Assembly: GCF_963506605.1 (NCBI RefSeq)
Contig: NC_083279.1
Location: forward strand, 79,050,001 to 79,114,000
Length of the DNA stretch: 64,000 nucleotides
Direction of reading: 5' to 3'
DNA from: Zootoca vivipara
Lineage: Eukaryota
Part shown: positions 36,564 through 49,233 of the stretch, piece by piece
How the letters are laid out: each line of letters starts with the position of its first letter
Numbering within the stretch: position 1 is the first letter of the stretch
Position numbers and translations under genes: made by a program
Notes under the pieces: model-generated
Database searches by the model: none
What the model was told of the DNA's origin: nothing
What the model saw: the letters and a program-made list of their open reading frames with translations, nothing else

Positions 36564-37496
36564 CAGCGGCGTCGCTAGCCTTCTGGCTGCCCAGGGTGGC
36601 AAACCAGAAGGCACCCCACCAGGGGGAGGGGCGTCCGTTGTGCGCATGCGTCATGACGCATGTGTCACGACACACGCCTCACGATGCACGACGCACATGT
36701 CGCGCTGTGGAGCAGGTTGCCAGGGGGCAGTACTCCAGCGCCCGGATCCGAGGATCCGGGCACTGGCGCACTGCCACCGGCAACCCACTCCAAAGCGCGA
36801 TGTGTCCTTCTTCCTACTCAGGCGGAGAGGTGAGAGACGCCCCTCGCCGCTCCGCCTGAAGAAGCACATGTCACACTATGGAACGGGTTGCCGGCGGCGG
36901 TGCTCCAGCGCCTGGATCCGATAGCAAGCCGATCGGCAACCCATTCCATAGCGTGACGTGTGCTTCTTCCTACTCAGGCAGAGCGGCGAGGGGCGTCTGG
37001 AAGCTCTGGAGCCAACTGGTGCTTGGAGGTAAGATTCAAATTCTCTTGTGTGAGCCAGATAGTCCCTCCCCTTACCTGGCCATCCCTGGCAACACCTCCC
37101 CAGGCAGGATTGGACGCTGGGCTTGGGTAGGCGGAGACTCCTGGCATCCTACCTGGGAAGGCAACACCAGCCCCGAACTATCAGGGAGTTGTCTCTGGGA
37201 CCAGGGGGCCGTGCGCGTCCATGCAAAAGTTGCCCCCCATTGATGTTTGGAGCGATCATTGTCTTCTTCCTACTCAGGCAGAGGCGGAGTGACGAGGGGT
37301 GTCAGCGGCCGCCGCTGACGCTGCTCTCTGGCCCGCCCCTTGCCTCTGCCCCACCAGGAAGAAGCGAGGGGTGAGGCCAGAAACATCGGGGCCTCCGTGA
37401 TGGCGGTTGCGCCGCCGCCACAGTAGCAAGGGGGTGCCGCGCTGCCCCCCGCAGAGCGGAGCCCGGGGCACCCCGCCCCCTATTGCGACACCCCTG
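36564..37496. mobile_element. 933-bp CpG-rich non-autonomous hAT-like element
   Basis: CAGCGGCGTCGC...GCGACACCCCTG termini; perfect 8-bp TSD GAAGTAGA (36556-36563, 37497-37504); internal CTTCTTCCTACTCAGGC repeats (three copies). Confidence 0.9.
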
Positions 37497-38728
37497 GAAG
37501 TAGACAGATCACTTCAAGGAAGCATAGACATAGCAGAAGCAGAAAAGAGCAGAGGTAGAATGGGAAGGGAAAGGTGGAAACTGGAGGAGGGCAGTCCAAG
37601 AAAGACAAAACATAATAAAGTCCAATAAAGACAGAGAAACATATTAAGAGAAAAACTGTCAGAGGAAGTTTTCTGAAAGATTGCTATGTGTGGCTTGAAA
37701 TTGCCACCAGGATCTGCAAATATTAATTATCCTATTTACAGCCCTGTCACTTTGCACCACATGCAGTGGTGTATTTGTTTTGACTGTATTTACATAGGAA
37801 AACAGGGCAAACATCTAAATCATGGCCCACAATTTAGAACTCAAAGTGTGACCACGTAGTCCGTGGCACATGCATGTTAAATATTCATATCGATTTTTAA
37901 TAGTATTTTTATTGCTTCTTGTATTTTACAGAAGCACATGGAATGCACATTGCAGAACATTAAAATACAACATAAGAAATAAAAGAAGCAACAAAAATGC
38001 AGTTAAAAACCCATACAGAATCTAGCACAGTGCATTGTGATGGCTACAGCAGTTGGGGGTGGGGGGGATTAGCAATTTTCAAGTGGTCCATGGGGGAAAA
38101 GATTTGGGAACCACCTTAACAGTTGAACAGCAGCATCTACAGTGCAATCCTACCCATCTCTACTCAGAAGTAAGACCCACCGATTTCAGTGCTGCTTATA
38201 CTCCCCTTGTAAGCGGGTAAAGGATTGCAGCCTCAGACAACACTACCACATCGGTGGTTGGCTAAGCCACCTCTCCCTGAACACCCAGACTTCTCATCGA
38301 CAAAACTTCTTTTTGGTCTGGATTTAGGTTCAGCCTGTTTATTGTTGCTCATCTCCCTAACCACTGGCCCAAAACATTCACTAGAACGTATCTGCATGAC
38401 TCCATCCCTCTTTTCGTTCCACATTAATGACATTTACACATGGCCTCTCTAGCCTGAGCGAGAGTGGGTATTTTGAGAGTGAGGGGGGTGTCACATGTGA
38501 AAATGGTCCCAGTTACGTTTGAGGAGGCATGAAGAGGTGATTCACTATAAGGAGGGGGAGAGGGAGAGGGAGAGGGAGAGAGAGAGGGAGAGAGAGACCT
38601 AAAATCCACTGTTCTTATGTAGTCTTTCACAAACTGTAATACTTTGTAATGTTTCTGTGTAAAGGAGCAAGAGCGTAATTGTATAATTTCCATACATACT
38701 TGGCTTTACTGCACTTATCATTCATGTA

Positions 38729-38734
38729 AATAAA
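38729..38734 (+). terminator. Candidate distal polyadenylation signal of ATP8A2
   Basis: AATAAA preceded by several TGTA elements in an AT-rich, repeat-free block (38630-38730), followed by T-rich sequence. No transcript evidence. Confidence 0.4.
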
Positions 38735-41406
38735 AAGCCTTACCTTTATTTTTAAAAAAAGTACTCTGAGGAACTATTGTTTTCTCTTTCAGCTTAAGGC
38801 TTGTGTATCTGAACTTGAAACTTACATTTAGCTTATGGTGGAAGATACTTGCTCCTGAATGCCTGTAGACTGTTCCACATTCTTTCCTCTTCTAAATGCA
38901 TCAGGGCTTTTTTTAAAAAGTACTGTATGTGTACTTTAGTGCTGGGCCAAAATCTCAGAATTCTCTGAGGATTTTCTTTTTCAGACTTCCCTCAAAATGT
39001 TGGAGTCAGTCAGCAAAATGTATACACTAAAAAATAACAAACCCATAAAAACTACAATAAAATTGAGAGATACATTTTAATGATCCCCAGCAGACTAGAC
39101 CCCATTGTGTCAGAACAATTGAAGAATTTCAGTCCCATCTCAGAGAATACCTGGCAAAAAATTCCCTGCAACTTCTCCACCTAACAAGGTAGAGAATTTC
39201 AGGCACAGCTGTGTTTCTAAGCTAATGTATTTTCATAATGTTGAAAGAAGCCATGGATCTGGCCCCTGCTCCCTGCAGCCCCATTGCTTCCTTCATCCGC
39301 CTATAGTACAATTTATCAGAATTAACTGTGCCAAAATTTTCTCAGTAGAGACTGAGAACTTTTCTCAAAATGTTATTTTTACACACACACACACACACAG
39401 TTGGCAAATTCTGCTTCCAACAGAGATTATTCAACAAAATGTGTTCCCTCCCCATATTCAACCCTCCACAAATAATGCAGAGAAATTTGGGAGGCTATTA
39501 TGTCCTCATTTTACCTTCATTTTGAATCCCTCAGCAAATTCCATGGCCATGGAATCTGTAGTGGAAAGGCTCTAAGATTAGTTAGGCTGCAATTCTATGC
39601 CTACTTACTCTCAAGCAAAGCCCATTGAACTGAAAAGGGTTACCATTGAGTAGGTTTGCACTGCTAATGATCATTGTGCATTTTCTTAACTGGTTTGAAT
39701 ATTGGGGGTGATTCTTCCTTTATACGGTTGGCTGTCATGTGCGCATCCTCAAATGGAAAGGTGGAATACATATTGACTGAAATTAATAAAAAGATTAAAA
39801 TTAAACAGGGAGACGCAACTGATGAGAACACATCGCTCATTCCAACTAAGTCTTCAGCCAAGCCATCACCAGAGGCTCAATCAGATATATATATATATCA
39901 CCAAGGGAATTTAGCCTGCATAGATCAGCAAAGAAATCAACTCCTGCAATCAAGAAAGAGGAAAAGAAAGGCTTCTGGTGCACGTCTGAAAGTAATGCAT
40001 GTAGGTACACAGTGCAAGTTTACTCAGAAGTAAGCCCCATTCAGTTCAATGGGTCTTGTGCCCATTCAAGTATGCAGAGGACTGCACCCTTTTGACCCTA
40101 TGGTGGCCATATCCCTTACGGCAAAGGGCACTACAAGTCAAGTCCAAAGTCTAACCTGGAAGTCGCCAATGTGTTGCCCGCAGGTGCACATGAATTCTGG
40201 TTTCATCATTTTATAGTTTTTAACTTAGTTTTGTTTTCATTGGGTTGAGTGTCCATAGACCACTTGTGAGACGATTGTAATTAAGTAGCATATAAATTGT
40301 CAGAATAAATAGACAGGTGCCTCCCTGCGCTTTCAAGTTCGACTTGAAATATGCATTCTATTGTAGTCAATAGAAAGGAACAAATGATGTTTGCTAGGCC
40401 TCTCTGACTGGCCCTTGGGAGTTTCTGTAGCCTATCCCCCTTCCCCAAGCCAAGCCCCTCACTAGACCCGCCCTAGGCCCTCTTATTTGGGTCTTATTTG
40501 GCTGGAATGTGTCTTGCAGGCTTAGATGGAGTGTGTGTATGTTTGTGTGTAAAGAAACCATGCTTTTCTCATGGCTCAAATATAGGTAAGAGTCACATCT
40601 ATTGCTCTGGCCAATTTTGCCTCTGGCACCACCCATCACTGCAGGAATTCCCCACAAGGCTGGGGCGGGGGAGTGCCCTACCCTGATCTAAAGGACTTTC
40701 CCAAGTTGCATTATTTCATATTAATTCAAATGGCATGGCCTTCAGGCAGATGCAAACGAGTTCCACCCCATAAAAACCCCATAGTGCATTGTCTCAAGAC
40801 GCTGCAGTGCCGCTGTTTGATGTAAGCATTCCCTCCTTGATCAGACATGGGCTACGCTGTGTCCTGGTGAGCGCTGCTACTGAAGTGGGATGGCCAGAGA
40901 ACTGAATGAAGAGAAGCTACCATTATTATTGAGTTGGAAAGTCTCAGAGAGAGTGAGAGGAAAAGAGAGATATTTTCAATTTAACAGTAGGAGCCAGTTG
41001 TTTTGTGTCTTGACTACCTTACTGGGTGGTTTCGCTGAGAAGATCTTCCAGATGTAATTTTGGCATTAATGAATCTATTCAGGGGGAAAAACATCTGCTG
41101 GGCTGCTTAGGAAACACAATGAAACAGCTGTTGTGTCCATGGTCTTTGCTTTCCACTCTGGTCTTCTTCCTTCAGGAAAATAGATGGAGGCTATTTGAGT
41201 TCAGACGCCATTAAAATTTCTCCTTGCCTCACTTCCAGAAACAGGATTCCAGCTAAAATTAAACAATTCGGCCTCTTGCAATTTATACAGGGTGGGTGGT
41301 GGGAAGCAGAGTGGCCTCCCTTCAAGTTCAAAAGTGCATGCCGTTACACAAACACCCTCAATGTAGACAACATTTTGGGCAAATATCACCCATCTTGAGT
41401 GGAAGG

Positions 41407-41570
41407 AAATATATAAAAATAAAATAATTGTCCAGTAGCACCTTAGAGACCAACTAAGTTCATATCAAGCTCATATCAAGAATAAACTTACCAGTTGGTC
41501 TCTAAAGTGCTACTGGACAATTTTTAAAATATATTTCTACTGCGTCAGACCAACATGGCTACCTGCCTGA
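41407..41570. mobile_element. Penelope-like element fragment with inverted pLTR
   Basis: AATTGTCCAGTAGCACCTTAGAGACCAACT ... AGTTGGTCTCTAAAGTGCTACTGGACAATT inverted pair; ends CAGACCAACATGGCTACC; degenerate TSD ATCTTGAGTGGAAGG/ATCTTGAATGTAAGG. Confidence 0.75.
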
Positions 41571-41597
41571 ATCTTGAATGTAAGGGTTCTTCTGCTG

Positions 41598-41657
<60 letters not shown>
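41598..41657. repeat. (TATC)15 microsatellite
   Basis: Read directly. Confidence 0.97.
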
Positions 41658-43304
41658 ATTATTGGAGAAAGGAGGTCTGAGCCTCCTTGTCTGATAATAT
41701 GAAAATGCTTAACAGTGTATTCCCATCATTGTCTACTCAGAAGTCGCACTGAGTTCAACAGGGATTGTTGCCAGGTAAGTGGCCATGGGACTGCAGTCTA
41801 AACGTTTTTTTTAGGTTTAATTCTGGCTCCAAAGAGAATCCCGCGGGAGAAACACCTCTGATATAAGGAGAACATTTAAGTGGCTCCCAGAAACTGGGAG
41901 AAACTTCTTGGCAGTTGAGTGGGACTGTTCCTCAATTCCTCAGGTGTTGTCGTCTTTTCCTTCAGTGAACGCCCTCTGGCAGTTTAAGTACAGCATTGTG
42001 TTACAGTTGGGGTTGTTTCCCTTCCAGAGGGACCAAAGAAAGATAATTTGTACTTATGTTTTGTGACAGTTTGGCAGGGAGGGGAATTAGCAAATCTGTA
42101 GCTTTGAACAAGCTGATGTGTGTATGCGCAAAAAAAATATTTCCAATAAAACTTTTACTAAAAGAGTCAAGAAGGGTTTTGCTTATTTTGGATTTTTTAT
42201 TTGTTTCCCACCCCATCCATCCAAACTCCAGGCTAATGTGAAATTTGACATCAAATGCACTCAAGGGGTGTGTCTGTAAATTGGGCTGTTATTAGTCATT
42301 ACCTTCGTCACAGAGGAAGACAAGCAGGTCTCAGGTACCACCAGCTGAGACCAGGTTCCGGATACTGAACCCAAGGCTGGCAGTCAGGAGCCTGGAGAAC
42401 CCAAGTGAGGACTCTTGCTGATGCCTTCTCCCAATCCTGAGTGAGTGGCCTGAGGAATAAGGAATTTCCCTCTTCATTATATATCCCTCGGAAGCCACCC
42501 AAAGGAGGAAAAGTGCTCACCTTCAGACTGGGGAATTGGCCCTTTAAGGATTCACAGGGTTGAAACTTGAGGGCTTGATTAGGGGTCCCTCCCAGACTTT
42601 GCCATCATCCCTCTTTGAGCAAGTGTCTCCCTTGGAACTCTCCATGGTGCTGTAATCGCCATCCTACTTCAAGGGTACCTGTTATGGACGGATCAAAACA
42701 AAGGTGTGTCTGGAGCAGTACCTACCCTCTAGGCCAAAATCTTCTATGGGTATTTTTTTTCTGGCTCTTAAAAATCCTACACTAATTCACGAGCCAGGGT
42801 CGCACACCTCATGCTGTGCTGCTTCACCATCTGCCTCTTACACATCTATACTGCTCTTCTCCACCACCTAGAACACAGACACTCACAAACATATTTCCTA
42901 CAAATGCCCAGTTCCTCCCTCCTTTAGCTCCACCCTGAGATAACTGAGCCCACTGCAATCAGGGACTCCCATCCCTTTCAGCAATCTCACTGCAGCTTTT
43001 ACCAATATGTTAAGAAACCCTGTGGTTTTGCTGTTTATAGACCTATTACCAAAAATACAGGTAACACTGGCACTTTACTACCTCTGCTGGTGGCCAGTGT
43101 GTTCTAGCTCCTCTCTCCAGGCTCATAACTTTTTGGTGGGCAGGGGACCCAAAGATACATATAGGTACACGTGAATCTGTTGGGAGGGCAGAACCTGGAG
43201 AGTCCATCCTTTGCACGCAGAAGGTCCCAGGTGTAATCACAGCATCTCCATGGCAGAGAACCCTGCCTGAAATGCTGGCCAACCAAGCTTTGGTTGGTTG
43301 GTTG

Positions 43305-43522
43305 GTTGCATTTGTATCCCACCTTTTTCTCCAAGGAACTCAAGACATCGTACATGGTTCTCGCCTCCTTGTTTAATCCCCACAACAACTGTGTTCGGTA
43401 GGCTAGGCTGTGAGGTGTTCGGAGTGGCACAAGGTAAACCAGTGATCTTAACAGCTGAGTAGGCTTTGAACCCTGGTCTGTGTCCTAGTCCAACGCTCCA
43501 ACCACAACACTGCACTGACTCT
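43305..43522 (-). mobile_element. MIR/Ther1-related (Squam3-like) SINE inserted in a tRNA-SINE
   Basis: CACAACAAC..GTAGG core and tRNA-like head on the - strand. A + strand copy lies at about 57945-58100 in the SHISA2 intron. Confidence 0.65.
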
Positions 43523-45454
43523 CTAGGTGGACCAGTGGTCTGACTTGGTATAAAGCATGTTCCCACGTTCCTGGGTGGGAATTAATGGATACAAAAAACA
43601 TTCACAGTCCTGGGCCTAAAAGTCCTGTTGGCAGCAGGGAAGGCAGCGTGTCCCATTTCACCTCCTGAGGCAAAATAGTGAGGTGCCACTCCAGTGGCAT
43701 AGCGTGAGTTGCCAGTGCCCGGGGCCACGCAGACGGCCGCGGGTGGGACAGAGAGAAACGGACGGAGTACACATGCACATTCAATTGCCTCACCCAGAAG
43801 GTCAAAGCTGCAGAGATAAGAAAATAAGAGTTGTTCTGTTGTCTGGAGAGGTCACTTCCTGGTTGAGACGCCTGGCTGAGACAGGCAGCTGTATTGAGAC
43901 AGCACCAGGTGTTGAAATGTTGCACCCTTAACCATTTTACACCCAGGGCAACCGCCCCTATGGCCCCCTCCCCACGCCACACCACTGTGCTGCCCCGCCC
44001 TACTCTTGCTGTGGCTGTGCCACCACCGAAGTTTCCCACACCTGGGCTGCACGGCAGTGTGCGCGCATTGGCCGTGACAATGGCAAGTTCCACCAAGGTA
44101 TCTCAAGATTTCAGCAAGATCTCACTGCCAGCTCTGCTTTTCCACTGCGGGGCACCTGTGGTGTGCCTCAGCCCTGGGAGGTGGCCGACCCTCCGCTCGA
44201 GAAACTTTTTGTACATCCTCGTTTTGCAAGACCTGAAAAAGGTTTGGTTGGGTTGAGGTCCCACCTTCCTGCCTTTACCCCCTATGCGCTCTTCCCTCCA
44301 CGTTCGCTGAACTTCAGTCAAACAGACTGTTTAAATAATAAAGTGGAACCCTTGGCTTGTCCCCGGTGTCGAGCTTCTCCCCTCCGCTTTCCAAAATAGC
44401 CTCTTGTGCATAAATTACACTTTCCCATTGTTTTGATTAGAAATTCTTTTTGCAGCGCACACGGCACGGGGCGCTACCGGCTGGCAAGCTGCGATCTGGA
44501 GAAGCCGCTGGAGTCGGCTTACAGGCAAAGTTGGCTGGATGGGTCTGGGTTGCTGCCGCTGTCAGGAGAATGAGAGCAGTTCATTAGTCTTGAACAAAGC
44601 AGCGGCGCTAACTATTCTTCCTTCTGTCGCCCAGCATGGATAACAGCGGCTGGCTTCAAATCTTCTGCAGCAGGAGAAGGGACTTCCTCTTTATTTATTT
44701 TTTAAAAAAAGGTGGTGGGGAGGGGAGAAATATATTGGATTTTTAATTGAGCAGGGAGGAGGGAACCTCTGTGCTAATCTTGAAAGGAAAGAACACCTCC
44801 AAGCAAATTAATTTAGTATTTTAGCTTGGGGGGGGAATTAATGTGATCCTGGCTTCTCAATTAATTTAGACATAGAGACCACTATCAGAATGTGGCTGAT
44901 AAGGAATGCTGAAAGGATGCTCCAAATTCCCCTGAAGAGTCAGCTACAAAGGGTTTTATACTTTCTCTTTAAAAAAGTATTACCTTTGCAGCCCAATCTT
45001 CTGTCCCTCCCTCAAAAAAAAACCTAAGACAAGGAAAGGAAACACACAAACCAACATCCTTCATCCATTCCTTAAGCTTTCATAAGCTCTACTTACAGAG
45101 CAAACCTGTGCATGTCTACTCAGAAGTAAGCCCCATGGAGACTGATGGGGCTTACTCCCTTCCTGTGGAATTGCAACCTTAATGTATTCCATTATACTGT
45201 ATATAGAAAGAAATTTACTTTTTTAAAGGCACAGAACAGATTTTAAAACACACGATCAAAACCCTTAAAAATAATCCAATTAAAGGATCTGCCTGCTCAT
45301 GTCGGGGCCCCAGAGTTTGCCTGGCTGTGCATCATTTCAGGAATGTACAAAGCTTGGGCTTCATGATCCTCATACTGCTCCATCTTGTCCAACAGTGATC
45401 TACTGGAAACCGATTTTGGAGGAGACTTGAGAAGCAACATGCCTTCCGCTTACA

Positions 45455-45889
45455 CATAGCTGCCAAGTCCGGGTCGTAAAGATCCGGGATCAGCAGCGCG
45501 CGCATGACCGGAAGTTGCGTGACGCAACTTCCGGTGGCGCTTCGCCCTTCTATGGGCATCAGAAAATGGCGGCGCCAGTGCCGGAAGTCGCTTCCGCGCA
45601 TGACCGGAAACACGTAAAAGCGACTTCCGGCGCCGGCGCCGCCATTTTCTGATGCCCATAGAAGGGCGAAGCGTCACGCAACTTCCGGTCATGCGCGGAA
45701 GTGACTTCCGGCGCCAGCGGCGCCATTTTCTGGTGCCCATAGAAGGGCAAAGCGGCACCAGAAAAATGGCCGCTGGGAAGAAGCGAATTTAAGGGAGAAT
45801 GCCGGGATTTATCACCAAACGGGAGACCGCCGGGAAACAGTAAGAAAAAAGGGGTTTTCCCGGCGGATACGGGATACTTGGCAGCTATG
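45455..45889. mobile_element. 435-bp CpG-rich MITE with CATAGCTGCCAAGT TIRs
   Basis: TIRs CATAGCTGCCAAGT/ACTTGGCAGCTATG; flanking CTTACA duplication; long internal inverted repeats. Confidence 0.9.
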
Positions 45890-46895
45890 CTTACATCCAA
45901 GGGAGATGGGGTTTGTTTAACTTCATTTAGGCCTAGCTCTCACAGACTCTCAGCACCTCTAACAAACAACAGCTCCCAACAGTTGGGGGGAAAGCCACAA
46001 CTGTTTGAAGTGGTATCCTAGTGAATGTGGTTGCGGCAAGAACTTCGGTTTGCACAAAGGGGCTTCCTCCCAAGCACTCCCCAAAATTGGCTCAAGAGGG
46101 ATTGGGAGAACCGCCCCCCCCTCCCCAGATCAGCACATGGCAGGAGAAGAGGGGCATCATTGCGCATGACAAGCCAAAATGCTTCCATGGATGGAATGTT
46201 CATCATAGCGCAACACTGAATTCCACCCATCATTTCTAAATTTGCATTATGTATATCACAACATGCACATTTTATGTATACCTGTATACTTTCTTTTGGT
46301 GCACATCACTGTTTTGGGGGAAATCACCACCTTATATCTCACCAAAATGTTTACAAGCAACAAGCTCACAAGGGACATGAGACATTCATGTCCCCAGACC
46401 GCTCTAAGAAGGAACATGAAAAGAAAACCCAGGGTGTGAGAGACTTTCCAAATATAAGGAACAATTGGAGGCAGGAAATACAATCACCACAATCCAATGG
46501 CAAGACTGCTCAAGGCTGACAACAAGGTGGGGAGTAACACCTTGCTAATCCAGGAAGTACCAAATCCTGCAACAGGAACAGATTTCCTGGTTGCTGCTTC
46601 CTTTGGATTTAAAGATTGAACTAGATCTAGGATTGTTAATGTGACAGCACAGTCTAGCAACCAGCAAATGGAGATCCGAGGGCCAAATCCGCCCCCGAAG
46701 GCTTCTCATCTGGCCTCAGCATAGCCCTTGGTTACACACATTCATGCACACAGACTTAAAACATGCCAATTATTTTCCCCAAGCTGGGGTGCAGGCAAAA
46801 GGGCTCTAAGTTCCTGTCCCCCAGTTTGAACAACAGAGGCTCTGTGAGAGTTTGCCCTTTTGTACACCTGAGCTGCTCACTCTGAAAAGCAAGCC

Positions 46896-47166
46896 AGGTA
46901 AAGGTACCTCTGACCATTAGGTCCAGTCGTGGACAACTCTGGGGTTACGGCGCTCATCTCACTTTATTGGCCAAGGGAGCCGGCGTACAGCTTCCAGGTC
47001 ATGTGGCCAGCATGACTAAGCCACTTCTGGCGAACCAGAGCAGCACACGGAAACGCAGTTTACCTTCCCGCCTATTTATCTACTTGCACTTGGATGTGCT
47101 TTCGAACTGCTAGGTTGGCAGGAGCTGGGACTGAGCAACGGGAGCTCACCCTGTTGCGAGGATTGA
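46896..47166 (-). mobile_element. Sauria SINE, 5'-truncated
   Basis: (ACCTTT)n tail on the - strand; near-identical to 48878-49233. Confidence 0.88.
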
Positions 47167-48877
47167 GCAGAGCTGAAGTATACATGGGGGGGATCTGAGA
47201 AAGAGTTGTGCTGTGGTTTCTGCTAGGCAGCAGTGGATTAAAGAGCCCTTTCCCAATGGATGGAGCCAATGTAGGCAATTGAGCCCTTCCTGGTTGGAAA
47301 CAGGCTGGCACCCGTTGAAAGTGAGTTGTTATCCGGGGGGGGGGGAGGCATACATAATGTGAACCAATCAAAAAGTGCAAGTTATTCCATTCATGCAATA
47401 GTAGCTCCTTGTGCTCTCTAGGTAACAAGCACTGAGCAAGACCCTCAGCTGACGGATCATAGAGACACAGCGATCCCCAGCCTAAGGAGAGGTTTCAGAG
47501 GAAGATGTTTCAAAGAGGCCTGATGTCAATAGCCATGCAGTGTGAGTGTGCCCACTCAAAAAATCTTGCATTGTAAATTCCATTGCTTCACTTCAGGGGT
47601 GGGGAACCTCAGGCCCAGAGGGGTGCATGATCTGGCTCTCAAGACACTTTCCAAGCCACACCCCTCATCAGTCTTGCTGCACACCCTCCTCGAGTTCTTC
47701 CACCTGGCTGGAGTCAGATACTGCGTTTTCCAGCCAGAGGGCTGTTTCAAAATAATTTCTATAGATGGGTATCCATGAAAATGGAACGAATGAATGGGTG
47801 GAGGAATAGTGCCATGCTTTCCTATGAGCCGTGAGCCTCCGAGAGCATTGGATTTTACAGAGCTGTCCGCTGTGCATATCACATATGTTCGTGGGAGGGG
47901 AAAATATACAGCTTTGACATTTCCAAAAATGAGGTGAGGTTGTGCATCTGGTCCTGTGGAACAACCAAGAAACAAGCCCTTCCCTGTATAAGCTTGGTGG
48001 TGTCAAGTCAAGGACACAGCATACAGTCCTGCCAGACTGCAGAGAGGAAAAAGAATTAACTAAGCAGTGGTTCATTTATACAAACAACAGATTAAACCTC
48101 TGTGGTGCCGTTGAGTTATGTCTAAGGGGAGACATAAATCGGAGGAGTGTTAGCACCAAGTGGCAGGAGGAGAGAAATGGCTTAGGGTGGTCCAAGAGGA
48201 CAGCCATGAGTAATGGGAACAACATTTGGAGCAAACAGAAAACATCGGCTGCCTTCCATTTCCTGCCCCGTCTGAGTCACTGGCAGTGAAATTGCTCTGG
48301 ATCAGGATGCTGGGAGAAATTCTGCACCAGAGAGGAGATGGCTACAGAGCCCTGAGACAAGCTGTGTTGTAATGTCTGAATGTGCAAGTGTATCATGTCC
48401 GGATGGCCTTAAAGAGTTGTCCTTTACCTAAAGTGCATAATGAATATGCACTCAGAAACCTCTAAAAGTGCTGTTTTCCAAAGCTATGAGGCAAGAGAGA
48501 AAGACAACATACCTGTTTTAAAGATGAACTTAGAAAATGACAGCCAAACATTGATAATATTTAAAATATTCCTGCTTAAACCTTAAGCGTAAATGTTTCC
48601 CTTGTGTTGAATGACAGATTGTAAGTTCCTTGGGGCAGAGATCAGCCCTCTTATAAAACACGCACAGCAATGAAGGAACAACACCAACTATAGCAATACT
48701 TTTTAACACCTTCTGTGCTCTAATTCTACAAAAATTTGCTGCTGCCATGGGGCAGAGTCTGCAGAGTTCACTGGTTACTGGTTTCATTCTTTCCCCCATT
48801 TCATTTCATTTGTAAACCACTCTTCTACACAACTATATCCAAATATTCAAACTTCAAATCCAAATCCAAACTCTATA

Positions 48878-49233
48878 TAAAGGTAAAGGTAAAGGGACCC
48901 CTGACCATTAGGTCCAGTCGTGACCGACTCTGGGGTTGCGGCGCTCATCTCGTGTTGTTGGCCAAGGGAGCCAGCGTACAGCTTCCAGGCCATGTAGCGA
49001 GCACGACAAAGCTGCTTCTGGCAAACTAGAGCAGCACACGGAAATGCCGTTTACCTTCCCGCTGTAGTTACCTATTTATCTACTTGCACTTTGATGTGCT
49101 TTCGAACTGCTAGGTTGGCAGGAGCTGCGACCGAGTAACAGGAGCTCACCCCGTCGTGGGGATTCGAACCACTGACCTTCTGATCGGCGAGCCCTAGGCT
49201 CTGTGGTTTAACCCACAGCACCACCCGCGTCCC
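48878..49233 (-). mobile_element. Sauria SINE, full length
   Basis: Minus strand starts GGGACGCGGGTGGTGCTGTGGGTTAAACC (tRNA-like A box), has GGTTCGAATCC (B box) and ends in (ACCTTT)n. Confidence 0.9.

Noticed and set aside
36511-37628. GC-rich overlapping ORFs or CpG island as an unannotated gene or promoter
   Set aside because: The GC-rich segment coincides with a TSD-flanked non-autonomous transposon, and the ORFs have no domain signal.
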